The position numbers were made by a program, and so were the translations under genes. A stretch of 64,000 bases of DNA from an uncultured Chloroflexia bacterium (GTDB lineage Bacteria; Chloroflexota; Limnocylindria; Limnocylindrales; CSP1-4), in assembly GCA_963766735.1 (NCBI GenBank), contig CAVYBU010000002.1, positions 224,001-288,000 of the forward strand. Reading direction: 5' to 3'. The notes beneath the pieces were generated by a model, which saw only the letters and a program-made list of their open reading frames with translations, was not told the origin of the DNA and did not search any database. Below, in pieces: positions 21,046-30,923 of this stretch; position 1 is the stretch's first letter, and each line of letters starts with the position of its first letter.

Positions 21046-21076
21046 GAAACGGGGCCGGCGGACCGGCCCCGTTTTC
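21046..21076 (-). terminator. Intrinsic terminator after the RDD gene (possibly bidirectional)
   Basis: AAACGGGGCCGG-cgga-CCGGCCCCGTTTT. Confidence 0.8.
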
Positions 21077-21104
21077 GCTGGGCGTTGCGGGTTGTACGGG
21101 CGCG

Positions 21105-21728
21105 CTAGGCGACGCGCTTCACGACCACCGTGCCTGCCTGGACATCGTGGAACCCCTGGCGCTTGGGGTCCTTGGTCACGGTGTACAGGAGGTAGATCGC
21201 ATACAGGAACGCCAGGAACCCGACCAGCGATCCCAGGGAGCCCAGCATGCCGGGCGCGTAGCCCAGGGCCGAGCCAAGCGCAAATGGGCCGAACAGGAAG
21301 GCCCAGCGCCGGATCGCCTGGGGCTGGGTGAGAGTGGCTCCGTCGGCGGCGTTGACCGTCTCGAGGCCGAGCACCTTCTGCCCGACGCTCGCCCGGAGCT
21401 TGGTCCAGCAGTACACGAAGTAGATCCCGCTGCCGACCACGCCGAGAATGGCCAGGAGGATCGTCCCGAACAGCGTGACGACGTCGCCGCCGGCGAAGAT
21501 CGCCACGATCAGCGCCCCGCCGATGAAGATCGCGGCGATGAAGAAGATGATCGAGTCGATGATGTAGGCGATGACACGGGTCACCGTGTCCGCGTAGACG
21601 ATGCCCGGCGCGGGACCGGCGGCGACCGGCGCCTGCTGGAACTGCGGCGGCGTGGGCGCCGGCGGCGGCGGTGCCTGCCAGTTGCCCGGGTCTTGGGGGG
21701 GCGGCGCACCGCCGACCGGATCCGTCAT
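21105..21728 (-). CDS. RDD family membrane protein
   Basis: Pro-rich N-terminus, RVIAYIID, SVGQKVLGL, RQGFHDVQAGTVVVK; GGAGG RBS. Confidence 0.92.
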   Translation of the reverse strand: MTDPVGGAPPPQDPGNWQAPPPPAPTPPQFQQAPVAAGPAPGIVYADTVTRVIAYIIDSIIFFIAAIFIGGALIVAIFAGGDVVTLFGTILLAILGVVGSGIYFVYCWTKLRASVGQKVLGLETVNAADGATLTQPQAIRRWAFLFGPFALGSALGYAPGMLGSLGSLVGFLAFLYAIYLLYTVTKDPKRQGFHDVQAGTVVVKRVA

Positions 21729-21830
21729 CGAACACCTCCCTCGTCGGCGCAACCTGCACCGTCCGCGTGCAGGATAGTCGCTTGCCTGACCCGGGGGAAG
21801 CCCGATCCACGCGGAGGATCGGGGAGACGA

Positions 21831-22049
21831 TGGTCCTGCTCCGTCAACCGCCCGGACGTGGCCGCCTCCCGATCGCCCGCCGGCAGCGTGCAGGTTTGAG
21901 CACTGATGATGAATCCGGTATAGGTCGCTACCTGGTCGCAAGGTGAAAGCAGGCCGTCTCAATCATGTCGACCCGAAGTTTGGCGACGCACTGGATCTGT
22001 GCCATCATCCGTCTCGCCACCACATCCCACGCTTGTTGGAGCAGGACCA
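21831..22049. repeat. 219-bp element bounded by ~30-bp imperfect inverted repeats (12-bp perfect core)
   Basis: TGGTCCTGCTCC (21831-21842) is the exact reverse complement of GGAGCAGGACCA (22038-22049); similarity extends to 21861 and 22020. Confidence 0.75.
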
Positions 22050-22054
22050 CCGAA

Positions 22055-22366
22055 ATGCGAATTCGAACCGCGAAGATCGAGGAGCTGACACCCAAGGCAC
22101 GAGAGCGTGCTCTGTCGCCCCGCCAGCTCGCGGCGCTCCAGCGCGAGGACGAGATCCGCAAGGCGCTCGCGCGCCTGAAGTCCGACGAGGACATCCTCGC
22201 CCTGGAGCTTGACCCGACCGAGAAGATCCCCACGATGCGCGCCGCCGTGAAGCGGGCCATTGCCGCCCACAGGCCGGGCGTCAATATGGCCATCCGCGGC
22301 CGGACGATCTACATCTCCACCGGCACGCTGCCGGGCGGCCGCGGCCGCAAGCCCAAGGCCGGCTGA
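22055..22366 (+). CDS. Small basic hypothetical protein with C-terminal GRGRKPK (AT-hook-like)
   Basis: 103 aa, strong codon bias, GGAG/AGGA RBS, Arg/Lys-rich. Confidence 0.8.
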   Translation: MRIRTAKIEELTPKARERALSPRQLAALQREDEIRKALARLKSDEDILALELDPTEKIPTMRAAVKRAIAAHRPGVNMAIRGRTIYISTGTLPGGRGRKPKAG

Positions 22367-22442
22367 TCACCGTCGCGGCCGGGCGTCGCACAACGGTGGC
22401 CCCGCGCGTCTGTCGGGCGCCCTGAACCCCCGGAGCCCGCCC

Positions 22443-23378
22443 ATGCGTTCCCGCCGCACCGTGTGGCACCGCCTCTTCGCCATCGTCATCGCGCTCGCGC
22501 TGCTCGGCGCCATCGCCGTGTGGTCGAACGCGCTCGGCGTGGGCGACAAGGTGCGCGAGGTCGCGCGGAAGGTAGAGCTGATCGTGGATCCGCCGCCGGA
22601 TCGTCCCATCGACGACGAGGTGCGGGTCACGCCCCGCCCGGCGCCCACGCGGACCACCGCCCCCGAGCCGACCCCCGTCACATCGCTGGCCCCGGGTTCG
22701 ACGGCGCCGCCGCCGACCGCGTCGCCATCGCCCACGCCGTCGCCCACGCCGGTCCCGCAGCGGGTCCGTGTGGACGTCAACCTGTACAAGCACCCCGACG
22801 CCCGCTTCATCACGGAGGTCGACAAGGACTGGTGCGCCGTCGCCGGCACGCAGATGGTCCTCGCCGCGCACGGCAAGGCGGCCCTGACGGAGGCGTTCCA
22901 GCGCAAGCTGGCCTCGAGAGTCGGGGAGTGGGAGAGCCGGCGGGACAGCATCAACGGTGAATGGGGGCCATCGGCGATGGTCAAGGCGCTCGACGCGTAC
23001 GGCGTGCCGGGCTACGAGGTGCGCATCTACGAGACGCGGGCCGGAGCCCTGCGCGACGCGGCCCGGGCCATCTCCAAGTTCAACGCCCCGGTGATCCTGC
23101 TCACGTGGCGAGGCGCCCACACCTGGATCATGACCGGGTATCGCGCCGACGGAGATCCGCTCGTGTTCGACGACGTCAAGGTGTCCGGGGCCTACGTCCT
23201 GGACCCCTGGTATCCACGCGTGTCGTCCATCTGGGGGCCGTCCGACCCTCCGGGGACCTACCAGGATGCATCCGAGATGCGCCGGAACTACCTGCCCTGG
23301 AAGCGTCCCGAGGGCAAGTACCCGACGCGGGACGGGCTGTTCGTCGCGGTGGTCCCCACGGTCCGCCTCGACCGCTGA
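22443..23378 (+). CDS. Membrane-anchored papain-like (C39-like) cysteine peptidase domain protein
   Basis: N-terminal TM, Pro/Thr linker, WCAVAGTQM (Cys), GAHTWIMTGY (His), YVLDPW (Asp). Confidence 0.75.
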   Translation: MRSRRTVWHRLFAIVIALALLGAIAVWSNALGVGDKVREVARKVELIVDPPPDRPIDDEVRVTPRPAPTRTTAPEPTPVTSLAPGSTAPPPTASPSPTPSPTPVPQRVRVDVNLYKHPDARFITEVDKDWCAVAGTQMVLAAHGKAALTEAFQRKLASRVGEWESRRDSINGEWGPSAMVKALDAYGVPGYEVRIYETRAGALRDAARAISKFNAPVILLTWRGAHTWIMTGYRADGDPLVFDDVKVSGAYVLDPWYPRVSSIWGPSDPPGTYQDASEMRRNYLPWKRPEGKYPTRDGLFVAVVPTVRLDR

Positions 23379-23380
23379 CG

Positions 23381-24775
23381 TCAGCCGGGACCGTCGCCTG
23401 CAGGGACCGCGGGCGCGGCAGCTGCTGACGGCGCTGCCGCGGCCGACCCTCCGTCGCGGGTCCGGTGCACGAGCAGCAGGCCCTGGAGGCCCGTCCGTAC
23501 CGCCGCACCCGCCCCGAACCCGAGCGGGATCGCCAGCACGTCGACCGGTTCCACCAGGGCCAGGGTCACCCCGATCGTGACCGCGAAGCCGGCGAGCGAG
23601 GCGAGCACGGGCAGCAGCGTGTTGTGGGTCGCGTACAGGCCACGCGCCGTGAGGTGGCCCAGCGCTTCGAACGGGACCGCCAGCGCGAAGGCGGCCAGCA
23701 CCGCCGCCGTGACCCGGATGTCCTCCGAATCGAACGCGCCGCCGCCGAGCAGGACCTCGATCGCGAGGGGACCGATCACCGCGAGCGCGAATGCCGAGGC
23801 CACCGTGAGCACGGTGATCGTGATCGCGCTCGTCCGGACCTGGCGCCGGAACCCAGCCCGGTCGCCGGCCGCCCAGGCCGCTGAGAGGGCCGGGAATGCC
23901 GCGAGCGAGATCGACACCCCGAACAGCGCCACGGGAACGCTCTGGAAGTTGCGCGCGAAGCTGACCGAGCTCACGCTGCCCGCCGCGAGCATGCTCGCGA
24001 CGCTGGTGAAGAACAGGAACACCAGGGGCTCAATGGGGTGGCTCAGCATCTTGGGCAGCATCAGCAGCACGAACTCGCGCAGGGCCGGCAACCGGAGGTC
24101 CAACCGGAAGCGCAGCGGCACCGAGGAACCCAGCATCCCGACCACGCGGATGCCGAGGTGGAGGAAGGCGCCCACGACGGCCCCGACCGCCGCCGCCCTG
24201 ATGCCAAGGCTGTCGTGGAGCAGCACGGTGCCGGCCACGATGCCGAGGTTGTAGAGGATGGGCGCGAGGGCGTAGTACAGGAACCGGCGCTCGGCCACGA
24301 GGATCTCGCCGAGGGTGATCGACGCGGCGAACACGATGGGCGTCACCAGCATCAGGCGGAACAGCTCGAGGTAGCGCGCCCTGTTGACGTCGTCGAAGCC
24401 GGGGGCGATGAGGTCCACGGTCGCCGGGGCGACCAGCAGGAGCAGGAGACAGGCGGCGCCCATCACCATGATCGCCAGGGTGAGCACTGTCTGGGCAAAG
24501 CGGATCGCGGCGTCGGCGTTCTCGCGGCGGAGGCTGGTGAACACGGGGACGAACGGCGCCGCAAGGCCGCTGGCGACCAGCACGTCGAGGGCCAGCTCCG
24601 GGAGAATGAAGGCCGCGTTGTACGCGTCGAGCTCAGCACCCGCGCCGAAGGTCCGCGCGAAGATCCGGTCCCGGACGAGGCCGGCCGCGTAGGCCGCGAA
24701 GGTCAGGACCGAGAGCAGGATTGCGCCCTGCGGCAGAAACCGCGCAAGCAGGGCCCGGAACCTCGTCACGTCCAC
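23381..24775 (-). CDS. murJ: Lipid II flippase MurJ (start may be GTG 24769)
   Basis: GLVRDRIFARTFGAGAELDAYNAAFILPE, APFVPVF, multi-TM MOP fold. Confidence 0.92.
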   Translation of the reverse strand: MDVTRFRALLARFLPQGAILLSVLTFAAYAAGLVRDRIFARTFGAGAELDAYNAAFILPELALDVLVASGLAAPFVPVFTSLRRENADAAIRFAQTVLTLAIMVMGAACLLLLLVAPATVDLIAPGFDDVNRARYLELFRLMLVTPIVFAASITLGEILVAERRFLYYALAPILYNLGIVAGTVLLHDSLGIRAAAVGAVVGAFLHLGIRVVGMLGSSVPLRFRLDLRLPALREFVLLMLPKMLSHPIEPLVFLFFTSVASMLAAGSVSSVSFARNFQSVPVALFGVSISLAAFPALSAAWAAGDRAGFRRQVRTSAITITVLTVASAFALAVIGPLAIEVLLGGGAFDSEDIRVTAAVLAAFALAVPFEALGHLTARGLYATHNTLLPVLASLAGFAVTIGVTLALVEPVDVLAIPLGFGAGAAVRTGLQGLLLVHRTRDGGSAAAAPSAAAAPAVPAGDGPG

Positions 24776-24877
24776 CTCTCAGCGGGAGCCGGGTGCACGG
24801 CTCCCGGCTCGGCGCCCCCCTCCAACGCGCGGGTGATGGGGCTGGGTGGGACGGTACGGGATCTGGGGTGGCGGCCG

Positions 24878-26380
24878 CTAGGTCTCGCCGTCCACCTTCT
24901 CGGCGTCGGCCACCTTGCGCATCACCTCGAACCGCGTGCGCACGGCCTTGCCGGACACCCCCATGCCGTCCACGGAGGGACCGGGGCGCGGTGCGCGCCG
25001 CGGAGGCCTCGAGCGCGCCTCGCCTCGTCGCTCGAAGCGGTCCGCGATCTGGGCCTCGTGCCCCTGGTCGCTCGGGTGGTAGTAACGCTTCCCGACCAGG
25101 ATGTCCGGCAGATACTGCTGTGCCACGTCGTGGCCCTCGAACTCGTGCGGGTTCTTGTAGCCAACTCCGATCCCGTGACGTTTCATCCGCCGGTCGGCTG
25201 CATTGCGGAGATGCAGTGGCACGGGCTGGGCGCCCATCGTGAGCACGTCGTCCATGGCCGCGAAGTAGGCCCGGCCGACGGCGTCCGATTTGGGCGATCC
25301 GGCGATGAACAGGGTCGCCTGCGCCAGCGCGTACTGGGCCTCCGGCAGGCCGACGTGGTCGAGCGCCTGGGCGGCCGCGACCGCCACCTGGAGGGCGCGC
25401 GGATCCGCGTTGCCGACGTCCTCGGAGGCCGAGATGATCAGCCGTCGTGCGATGAAGCGCGGGTCCTCGCCGGCCGCGATCATCGCGCCCAGCCAGTACA
25501 CGGCGGCATCGGGATCATTGCCGCGCAGGCTCTTGATGAATGCCGAGACCGTGTCGTAATGGCCGTCACCGGCGCGGTCGTAGGCGAGGACGCGCTGCTG
25601 CGCCGCCGTCTCGACGTGGCCGAGGGTGGGGGAGACGTGGTCGGAGACGTCCCGGACGTCGTCGTCCTCGGCCAGCGCAACCGCGCTCTCGAGGATGTTG
25701 AGGACCTGGCGCGCGTCGCCGCCGGAGATGTCCACGAGGTGCTCGAAGGCGTCCTCCGCGAGGGTGACGCCGCCCCGGGGGCCGTAGATGCCCGCCAGCC
25801 CGCGGTCCGCGTCCTCGAGCGCGCGCCGCACGATCGTCGCGATGTCCTCGTCGGTGAGCTGCTCCAGGCGCCAGACGCGCATTCGCGAGAGCAGCGCCGA
25901 GTTGACCTCGAAATAGGGGTTCTCGGTCGTGGCGCCGATGAGGGTGATGGTGCCGTCCTCGACGTGGGGGAGCAGAGCATCCTGCTGGGCCTTGTTGAAG
26001 CGATGGATCTCGTCCACGAACAGGACGCTGCGGCGAGCCTCCAGGGTCAGCCGCTCCTGCGCCTCCGCGATCGTCGAGCGGACCTCGGCCACGCCGGACA
26101 TGACCGCGGATACGGAGCGGAACTCGGCGCCGATCGCGTCCGCGAGCAGGCGGGCGAGCGACGTCTTGCCGGTCCCCGGCGGGCCCCAGAGCAGGAGCGA
26201 CGACAGGTGGCCGCGGGCGACCGAGCGGCGGAGGGGGCCGCGCTCGCCGACGATCGAGGATTGGCCGACGAACTCGTCGAGGGTGCGCGGGCGCATGCGG
26301 GCGGCGAGGGGCTGCCGCTCCGGCGGCGGCCGGAACAGGGCTTCGGGACGTGCGCCGGAGACGGAGCGCCTGGGGGGCAT
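24878..26380 (-). CDS. rarA: Replication-associated recombination protein A (RarA/MgsA)
   Basis: [53 protein letters not shown]. Confidence 0.97.
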   Translation of the reverse strand: MPPRRSVSGARPEALFRPPPERQPLAARMRPRTLDEFVGQSSIVGERGPLRRSVARGHLSSLLLWGPPGTGKTSLARLLADAIGAEFRSVSAVMSGVAEVRSTIAEAQERLTLEARRSVLFVDEIHRFNKAQQDALLPHVEDGTITLIGATTENPYFEVNSALLSRMRVWRLEQLTDEDIATIVRRALEDADRGLAGIYGPRGGVTLAEDAFEHLVDISGGDARQVLNILESAVALAEDDDVRDVSDHVSPTLGHVETAAQQRVLAYDRAGDGHYDTVSAFIKSLRGNDPDAAVYWLGAMIAAGEDPRFIARRLIISASEDVGNADPRALQVAVAAAQALDHVGLPEAQYALAQATLFIAGSPKSDAVGRAYFAAMDDVLTMGAQPVPLHLRNAADRRMKRHGIGVGYKNPHEFEGHDVAQQYLPDILVGKRYYHPSDQGHEAQIADRFERRGEARSRPPRRAPRPGPSVDGMGVSGKAVRTRFEVMRKVADAEKVDGET

Positions 26381-26520
26381 GGGCGCGATGGTAGCGCTCT
26401 CCGCTGGTCGCGACCCGGGATTGCCCCGGATGGGTCAGGCGAGCGTGGTGGGGACGGCGTCCGGGCGAACGACGTCCGGGTGAGGGACCGGAGGGACGCG
26501 GGGGTTGGCCGAACGGGCGG

Positions 26521-26916
26521 CTACAGGATGTCGATGACGATCCAGAGCGCGAACAGGATGCCGAGGAGCAGAGTTGCGATCCGCACGATGTCCTTCACGT
26601 CGCGGGCGACGTAGGCGTACTCCGTCTCCGCGCTGAGCGCGATGGAGCCGGCGGGGCCACCGTCGCGGACGGTGCGGGGCTGCTGGGTGCGCTTGCGCGC
26701 CGTTTCGGCGGCTCGTTCTTCGGCAAGCAGCTGGGCCTCGAGCTCCGCGGCGCGGGCCGTCTCGGCCTCGGTGAGGCCACTGGGGCGGGGGGCGACGGGA
26801 GCGGCCGCCCCGCTTGCGGCCGCGGGCGCGGGCGCAGATGCGTTGGCGGATGCGGGTCGCCGGTCGATAGGCCGGCGCTGGCCGGGACGGACACTGCCGC
26901 GGGCGCGCTTCGCCAT
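26521..26916 (-). CDS. Hypothetical tail-anchored membrane protein
   Basis: Basic N-terminus MAKRARG, C-terminal EYAYVARDVKDI followed by a TM helix; GGAGG RBS. Confidence 0.75.
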   Translation of the reverse strand: MAKRARGSVRPGQRRPIDRRPASANASAPAPAAASGAAAPVAPRPSGLTEAETARAAELEAQLLAEERAAETARKRTQQPRTVRDGGPAGSIALSAETEYAYVARDVKDIVRIATLLLGILFALWIVIDIL

Positions 26917-27087
26917 GTCGGGGTTCGAGGCCTCCTGCTGGGAGCGGTTCGTCGAGGGTCCACGCGCACGCGGGACCATCGGCGGCAGAGGATACACCGG
27001 GTCGGGGTCGGGCCGCGCCGGGTGGCAGCGCGGTAAGTGGTGAACGGGGGCCGGCTGGTAGACTCCGGTCGCCCCCCTGGAGAGACC

Positions 27088-27609
27088 GTGGACGCCCTCA
27101 ACACCCTCGTCGCCCCGTATCTCGGCGCCATCACCATAGCGCTGGCCGTCGCCTGCGTCGTGCTGCTCGTCGTGGTCGTGGTGCTCGTCCGCCGGACGTC
27201 ACGCATTGACCGGCGGCTGCAGAGCCTGACCCGGGGCGAGGACGGGCGCAGTCTCGAAGCGATGCTCGAGGCGCACCTGGACAAGGTCTACGCGGTCGCG
27301 CGCGACGTGGACGAGCTGGCCGCCCGGTCCGCGGTCCTGGAGGCCGTCCAGCGCAAGGCCGTCCAGTGCGTTGGCCTGGTGCGCTTCAACCCGTTCGAGG
27401 ACACCGGTGGGAACCAGAGCTTCGCCCTCGCCCTCCTCGACATCAACGGGGATGGCATCGTCGTCAGCAGCCTCCACGCGCGCGCCCTGACCCGCGTCTA
27501 CGGCAAGGCCATCAAGGGCGGCAAGTCCGAAGCGGCGCTGTCCGACGAAGAGTCGCAGGCGCTGCGCGAGGCCATGGCACAGGCGTCGGGACCCGCCGGG
27601 CCCGGCTGA
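27088..27609 (+). CDS. DUF4446 family protein
   Basis: TM + coiled coil + GLVRFNPFEDTGGNQSFALALLD...YGK; TGGTAGACT upstream. Confidence 0.9.
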   Translation: MDALNTLVAPYLGAITIALAVACVVLLVVVVVLVRRTSRIDRRLQSLTRGEDGRSLEAMLEAHLDKVYAVARDVDELAARSAVLEAVQRKAVQCVGLVRFNPFEDTGGNQSFALALLDINGDGIVVSSLHARALTRVYGKAIKGGKSEAALSDEESQALREAMAQASGPAGPG

Positions 27610-27645
27610 CCCGCGCCCGGCCGTGACACCCGAGCTGGCACGGAG

Positions 27646-30600
27646 GTGCGGCACGGTGACGTCGTGCCCCGCAAACCGACGCCCGCCGCTCTCCAGACCG
27701 TCACCGGCGCAGCGCCGGTCGAACGGCCCCGTCGCGTGAGACGGCGTGTCGGGCGGGGCGATCCGGCGCCCCTGGTCCAGATCCCCGTCTGGGGTGCAGT
27801 GGAGGCGCCGACCGAGGAAGTCCCCGCCCCGGGGGGCACGGACGAGCTGCTGGCCGGGCTCAATCCAGAGCAGCGTCGCGCGGTCATGCACGGTGATGGG
27901 CCGCTGCTGGTCGTCGCCGGTGCGGGCACCGGCAAGACACAGGTCATCACTCGCCGCATCTCGTGGCTGATCGCCACCCGCCGGGCTAGGCCGTCCGAGA
28001 TCCTCGCGCTCACCTTCACGGACCAGGCGGCCGATGAGATGCAGGTCCGGGTGGACCAGCTCGTCCCGTACGGCTACACGGACACCGCGATTTCCACGTT
28101 CCACGCCTTCGGGGATCGCCTGGTGCGGGAGTTCGCGCTCGAGCTGGGCCTGCCGGCCGATGTGCGCGTGCTGTCCCGGCCGGAGACCGTGGTCTTCATG
28201 CGGGAGCACCTGTTCGAGTTCGAGCTGGACGAGTACCGACCGCTCGGCGACCCGACGAGGTTCCTGGACGCGCTGGCGACGCTGTTCTCCCGGGCGAAGG
28301 ACGAGGACGTCTTGCCGGATGCCTACCTTGCCTACGCCGCGCAGCTGGCCGAGGGCGCGGCGGCGGCCTCGGTCTCCGTCGAGGCCCGGGGCGATGCGGC
28401 AACGGAGACGGAGCGAGATGCCGCCGCGGCGCTCGAGGAGGAGGCGCGCAGGCAGGGCGAGCTGGCCCGCGCCTATGCGCGCTACCAGTCGCTGCTCGCC
28501 GCCAGCGGTGCCATCGACTTCGGGGACCAGGTATCGCTGGCCCTCCGGCTTCTGCGGGAGTCGCCGGCGGCCCGCGAGGTCGTCCAGCAGCGCTTCCGGT
28601 ATGTCCTGGTGGACGAGTTCCAGGACACCAACCGGGCCCAGGCGGAGCTGGTCGCCCTCGTCGCTCAGCGCCATCGCAACGTGACGGTGGTCGGGGACGA
28701 CGACCAGTCGATCTACAAGTTCCGGGGCGCCGCCATCAGCAACATCCTGGAGTTCCGGGAGCGGTACCGCAACGCGAAGGTCGTGGTGCTGAGGCGGAAC
28801 TACCGATCCCGGACGCCCATCCTGGAGGCCTCGTACCGCCTGGTCCGCCACAACGACCCGGATCGGCTGGAAGTCCGTGCCGGCATCGTCAAGAAGCTGG
28901 TGGCAGAGCGGGGAGGCGACGGAGCGTCCGCGGTCCGCCACGAGGCCTTCGCCACCGGCGCCGAGGAGGCGGACTGGACCGCCCGGGACATCTCGCGCCG
29001 GATCCGGGATGGAGCGCGCCCGCAGGACGTGGCCATCCTTGTCCGCTCCAACGCGGCCGCGGATCCGGTCCTGCGATCGCTCAACCTGGAGGGGATCCCG
29101 TGGCGGTTCTCCGGGACCAGCGGCCTGTACGCGAGGCCGGAGGTCAAGCTCCTCCTCGCCTTCCTCAGGGTGATGGCGGATCCGGCCTCGTCCGTGGACG
29201 TGTACGCGCTCGCGGCCTCCGAGCTCTACGGCCTCGGCGGGACGGACCTGGTGGACATCGTGCAGATGGCGAGGCGCCGGAACCGGTCCGTGTTCGAGAT
29301 CCTGGAGGAGCTCGGCCGCCAGCCGGGGATCCTGCGGCTCCGTCCGGACACGCGGGCTGCAGCGGCCCGGCTGGTCGCGGACCTCCAGGCGTACGTGGAG
29401 CTTGCCCACCAGCGCCCCGCGGGCGAGGTCGTCTATGCGTTCCTCAAGGGGACCGGCTGGCTCAAGCGTCTCGCGGAGGCGGAGACCGTGGCGGCCGAGG
29501 AGGCGCTGTCGAACATCGCCCGCTTCTTCGACATCATCCGCGCCCAGTCAGCCCTCCTCGCCGACGATCGGGCCGTGTTCGTCGCGCGGCACCTCCAGAC
29601 GCTGATCCAGGCGGGGGACGACCCGCCCACCGCTGACATCGACCCGGACGCGAACGCGGTGGCCGTGATGACCGTTCACAAGGCGAAGGGTCGGGAGTTC
29701 CCGTTCGTGTACCTGCCCGGGCTGGTCAGCGGACGCTTCCCGGCCGTGGGGCGCCGCGAGCCGCTGGGCCTGCCGCTGCCGCTGGTCAACGAGACGCTGC
29801 CGGAGGGCGACTACCAGCTCCAGGAAGAGCGTCGGCTGTTCTACGTCGGCATGACGCGGGCGCGGGACGAGCTGGTGCTGTCGCACGCGGCGGACTACGG
29901 CGGCCAGCGGGCCCGGCGTGTGTCGCCCTTCGTGCTGGAGGCGCTCGACCTCCCGGTGGCGTCGGGCACGGCCGGAGCGGGCGCGAAGTCGTCTTCGCCC
30001 CTGGAGCGGATGGCGAGCCTCGAACGCACGCAAGCTGTCCCAACGGAGGCGGCCCTCAGGGCGGCGAGGGCGCCGTCCGGTGAGCCGCTGATGCTCTCCT
30101 TCTACGCGATCGACGACTACCTGACCTGCCCACTCAAGTACAAGTTCGCGCACCTGCTCCGGGTTCCACTGGCGCCGCACCACTCGATCATCTACGGCTC
30201 GGCTCTTCACGCCGCCGTCTCCGAGTTCCACAAGCGCCACGCACGCGGCGACGTGATGAGCGAGGACGCGCTGGTCGAGGCGTTCACCGCGGCCTGGAGG
30301 AACGAGGGCTTCCTCTCGCGCGAGCACGAGGAGGCACGACTCGCGGCGGGACGCGCGGCACTGCACCGGTTCCGCGAGGAGCAGCTGGCGCCGGGCGCCG
30401 TGATCCCCGCCTACGTGGAGAGGGAGTTCAGCTTCATGCTGGACGGCGACCGCGTCCGCGGCCGGTACGACCGGGTGGACATCACGCCGCGGGCGCCGGG
30501 GGATGACGCGCCGGACGCGGACGGCTGCGCGCCGGCCGAGCCGGCCTCCGGTGCCGACGTGATCGAGCCCACGCTGGGGCTGGCGCCTGAGCGGGTCGTC

Positions 30601-30921
30601 ATCACGGACTACAAGTCCTCCGACGTGCGGGACCCGGTGAAGGCTCGCCAGCGCGCCAAGGACTCCCTGCAGCTCTCGATCTACGCGATGGGCTACGAGG
30701 CGATGACCGGCCGCCTGCCGGACGCCGTTGCCCTCCACTTCCTGGAGTCGGGCCTCGTGGGAACGGCGCCGGTGCAGCGCAAGCGCATCGAGAAGGCGCG
30801 CGAGTCGGTCAGGTCCGCCGCCGCGGGCATCAGGGCTCGGGATTTCGCGGCGACGCCGGGCCACATGTCCTGCACCTACTGCGCCTTCCGGGAGATCTGC
30901 CCGTCCAGCGCGGTCCGCTGA
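27646..30921 (+). CDS. UvrD/PcrA-type SF1A helicase fused to an Fe-S PD-(D/E)XK nuclease (AdnA/B-like); start uncertain, possibly 27799
   Basis: AGAGTGKT, VDEFQDTN, VGDDDQSIYKFRGA, NYRS, TVHKAKG, EERRLFYVGMTRA; nuclease CPLKY, GRYDRVD, DYKS, QLSIYA, CTYCAFREIC. Confidence 0.93.
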   Translation: MRHGDVVPRKPTPAALQTVTGAAPVERPRRVRRRVGRGDPAPLVQIPVWGAVEAPTEEVPAPGGTDELLAGLNPEQRRAVMHGDGPLLVVAGAGTGKTQVITRRISWLIATRRARPSEILALTFTDQAADEMQVRVDQLVPYGYTDTAISTFHAFGDRLVREFALELGLPADVRVLSRPETVVFMREHLFEFELDEYRPLGDPTRFLDALATLFSRAKDEDVLPDAYLAYAAQLAEGAAAASVSVEARGDAATETERDAAAALEEEARRQGELARAYARYQSLLAASGAIDFGDQVSLALRLLRESPAAREVVQQRFRYVLVDEFQDTNRAQAELVALVAQRHRNVTVVGDDDQSIYKFRGAAISNILEFRERYRNAKVVVLRRNYRSRTPILEASYRLVRHNDPDRLEVRAGIVKKLVAERGGDGASAVRHEAFATGAEEADWTARDISRRIRDGARPQDVAILVRSNAAADPVLRSLNLEGIPWRFSGTSGLYARPEVKLLLAFLRVMADPASSVDVYALAASELYGLGGTDLVDIVQMARRRNRSVFEILEELGRQPGILRLRPDTRAAAARLVADLQAYVELAHQRPAGEVVYAFLKGTGWLKRLAEAETVAAEEALSNIARFFDIIRAQSALLADDRAVFVARHLQTLIQAGDDPPTADIDPDANAVAVMTVHKAKGREFPFVYLPGLVSGRFPAVGRREPLGLPLPLVNETLPEGDYQLQEERRLFYVGMTRARDELVLSHAADYGGQRARRVSPFVLEALDLPVASGTAGAGAKSSSPLERMASLERTQAVPTEAALRAARAPSGEPLMLSFYAIDDYLTCPLKYKFAHLLRVPLAPHHSIIYGSALHAAVSEFHKRHARGDVMSEDALVEAFTAAWRNEGFLSREHEEARLAAGRAALHRFREEQLAPGAVIPAYVEREFSFMLDGDRVRGRYDRVDITPRAPGDDAPDADGCAPAEPASGADVIEPTLGLAPERVVITDYKSSDVRDPVKARQRAKDSLQLSIYAMGYEAMTGRLPDAVALHFLESGLVGTAPVQRKRIEKARESVRSAAAGIRARDFAATPGHMSCTYCAFREICPSSAVR

Positions 30922-30923
30922 CC

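Noticed and set aside
21833-21955. Hammerhead-like words CTGATGA...GAAA with a possible stem III (CCTGCT/AGCAGG)
   Set aside because: Stem II is not closed by a pair (T...T) and stem I is poor; the long-range inverted repeat explains the region better.
26466-26478. LexA box upstream of rarA (GAACGACGTCC)
   Set aside because: Wrong spacing and weak half-site match to GAAC-N4-GTTC.
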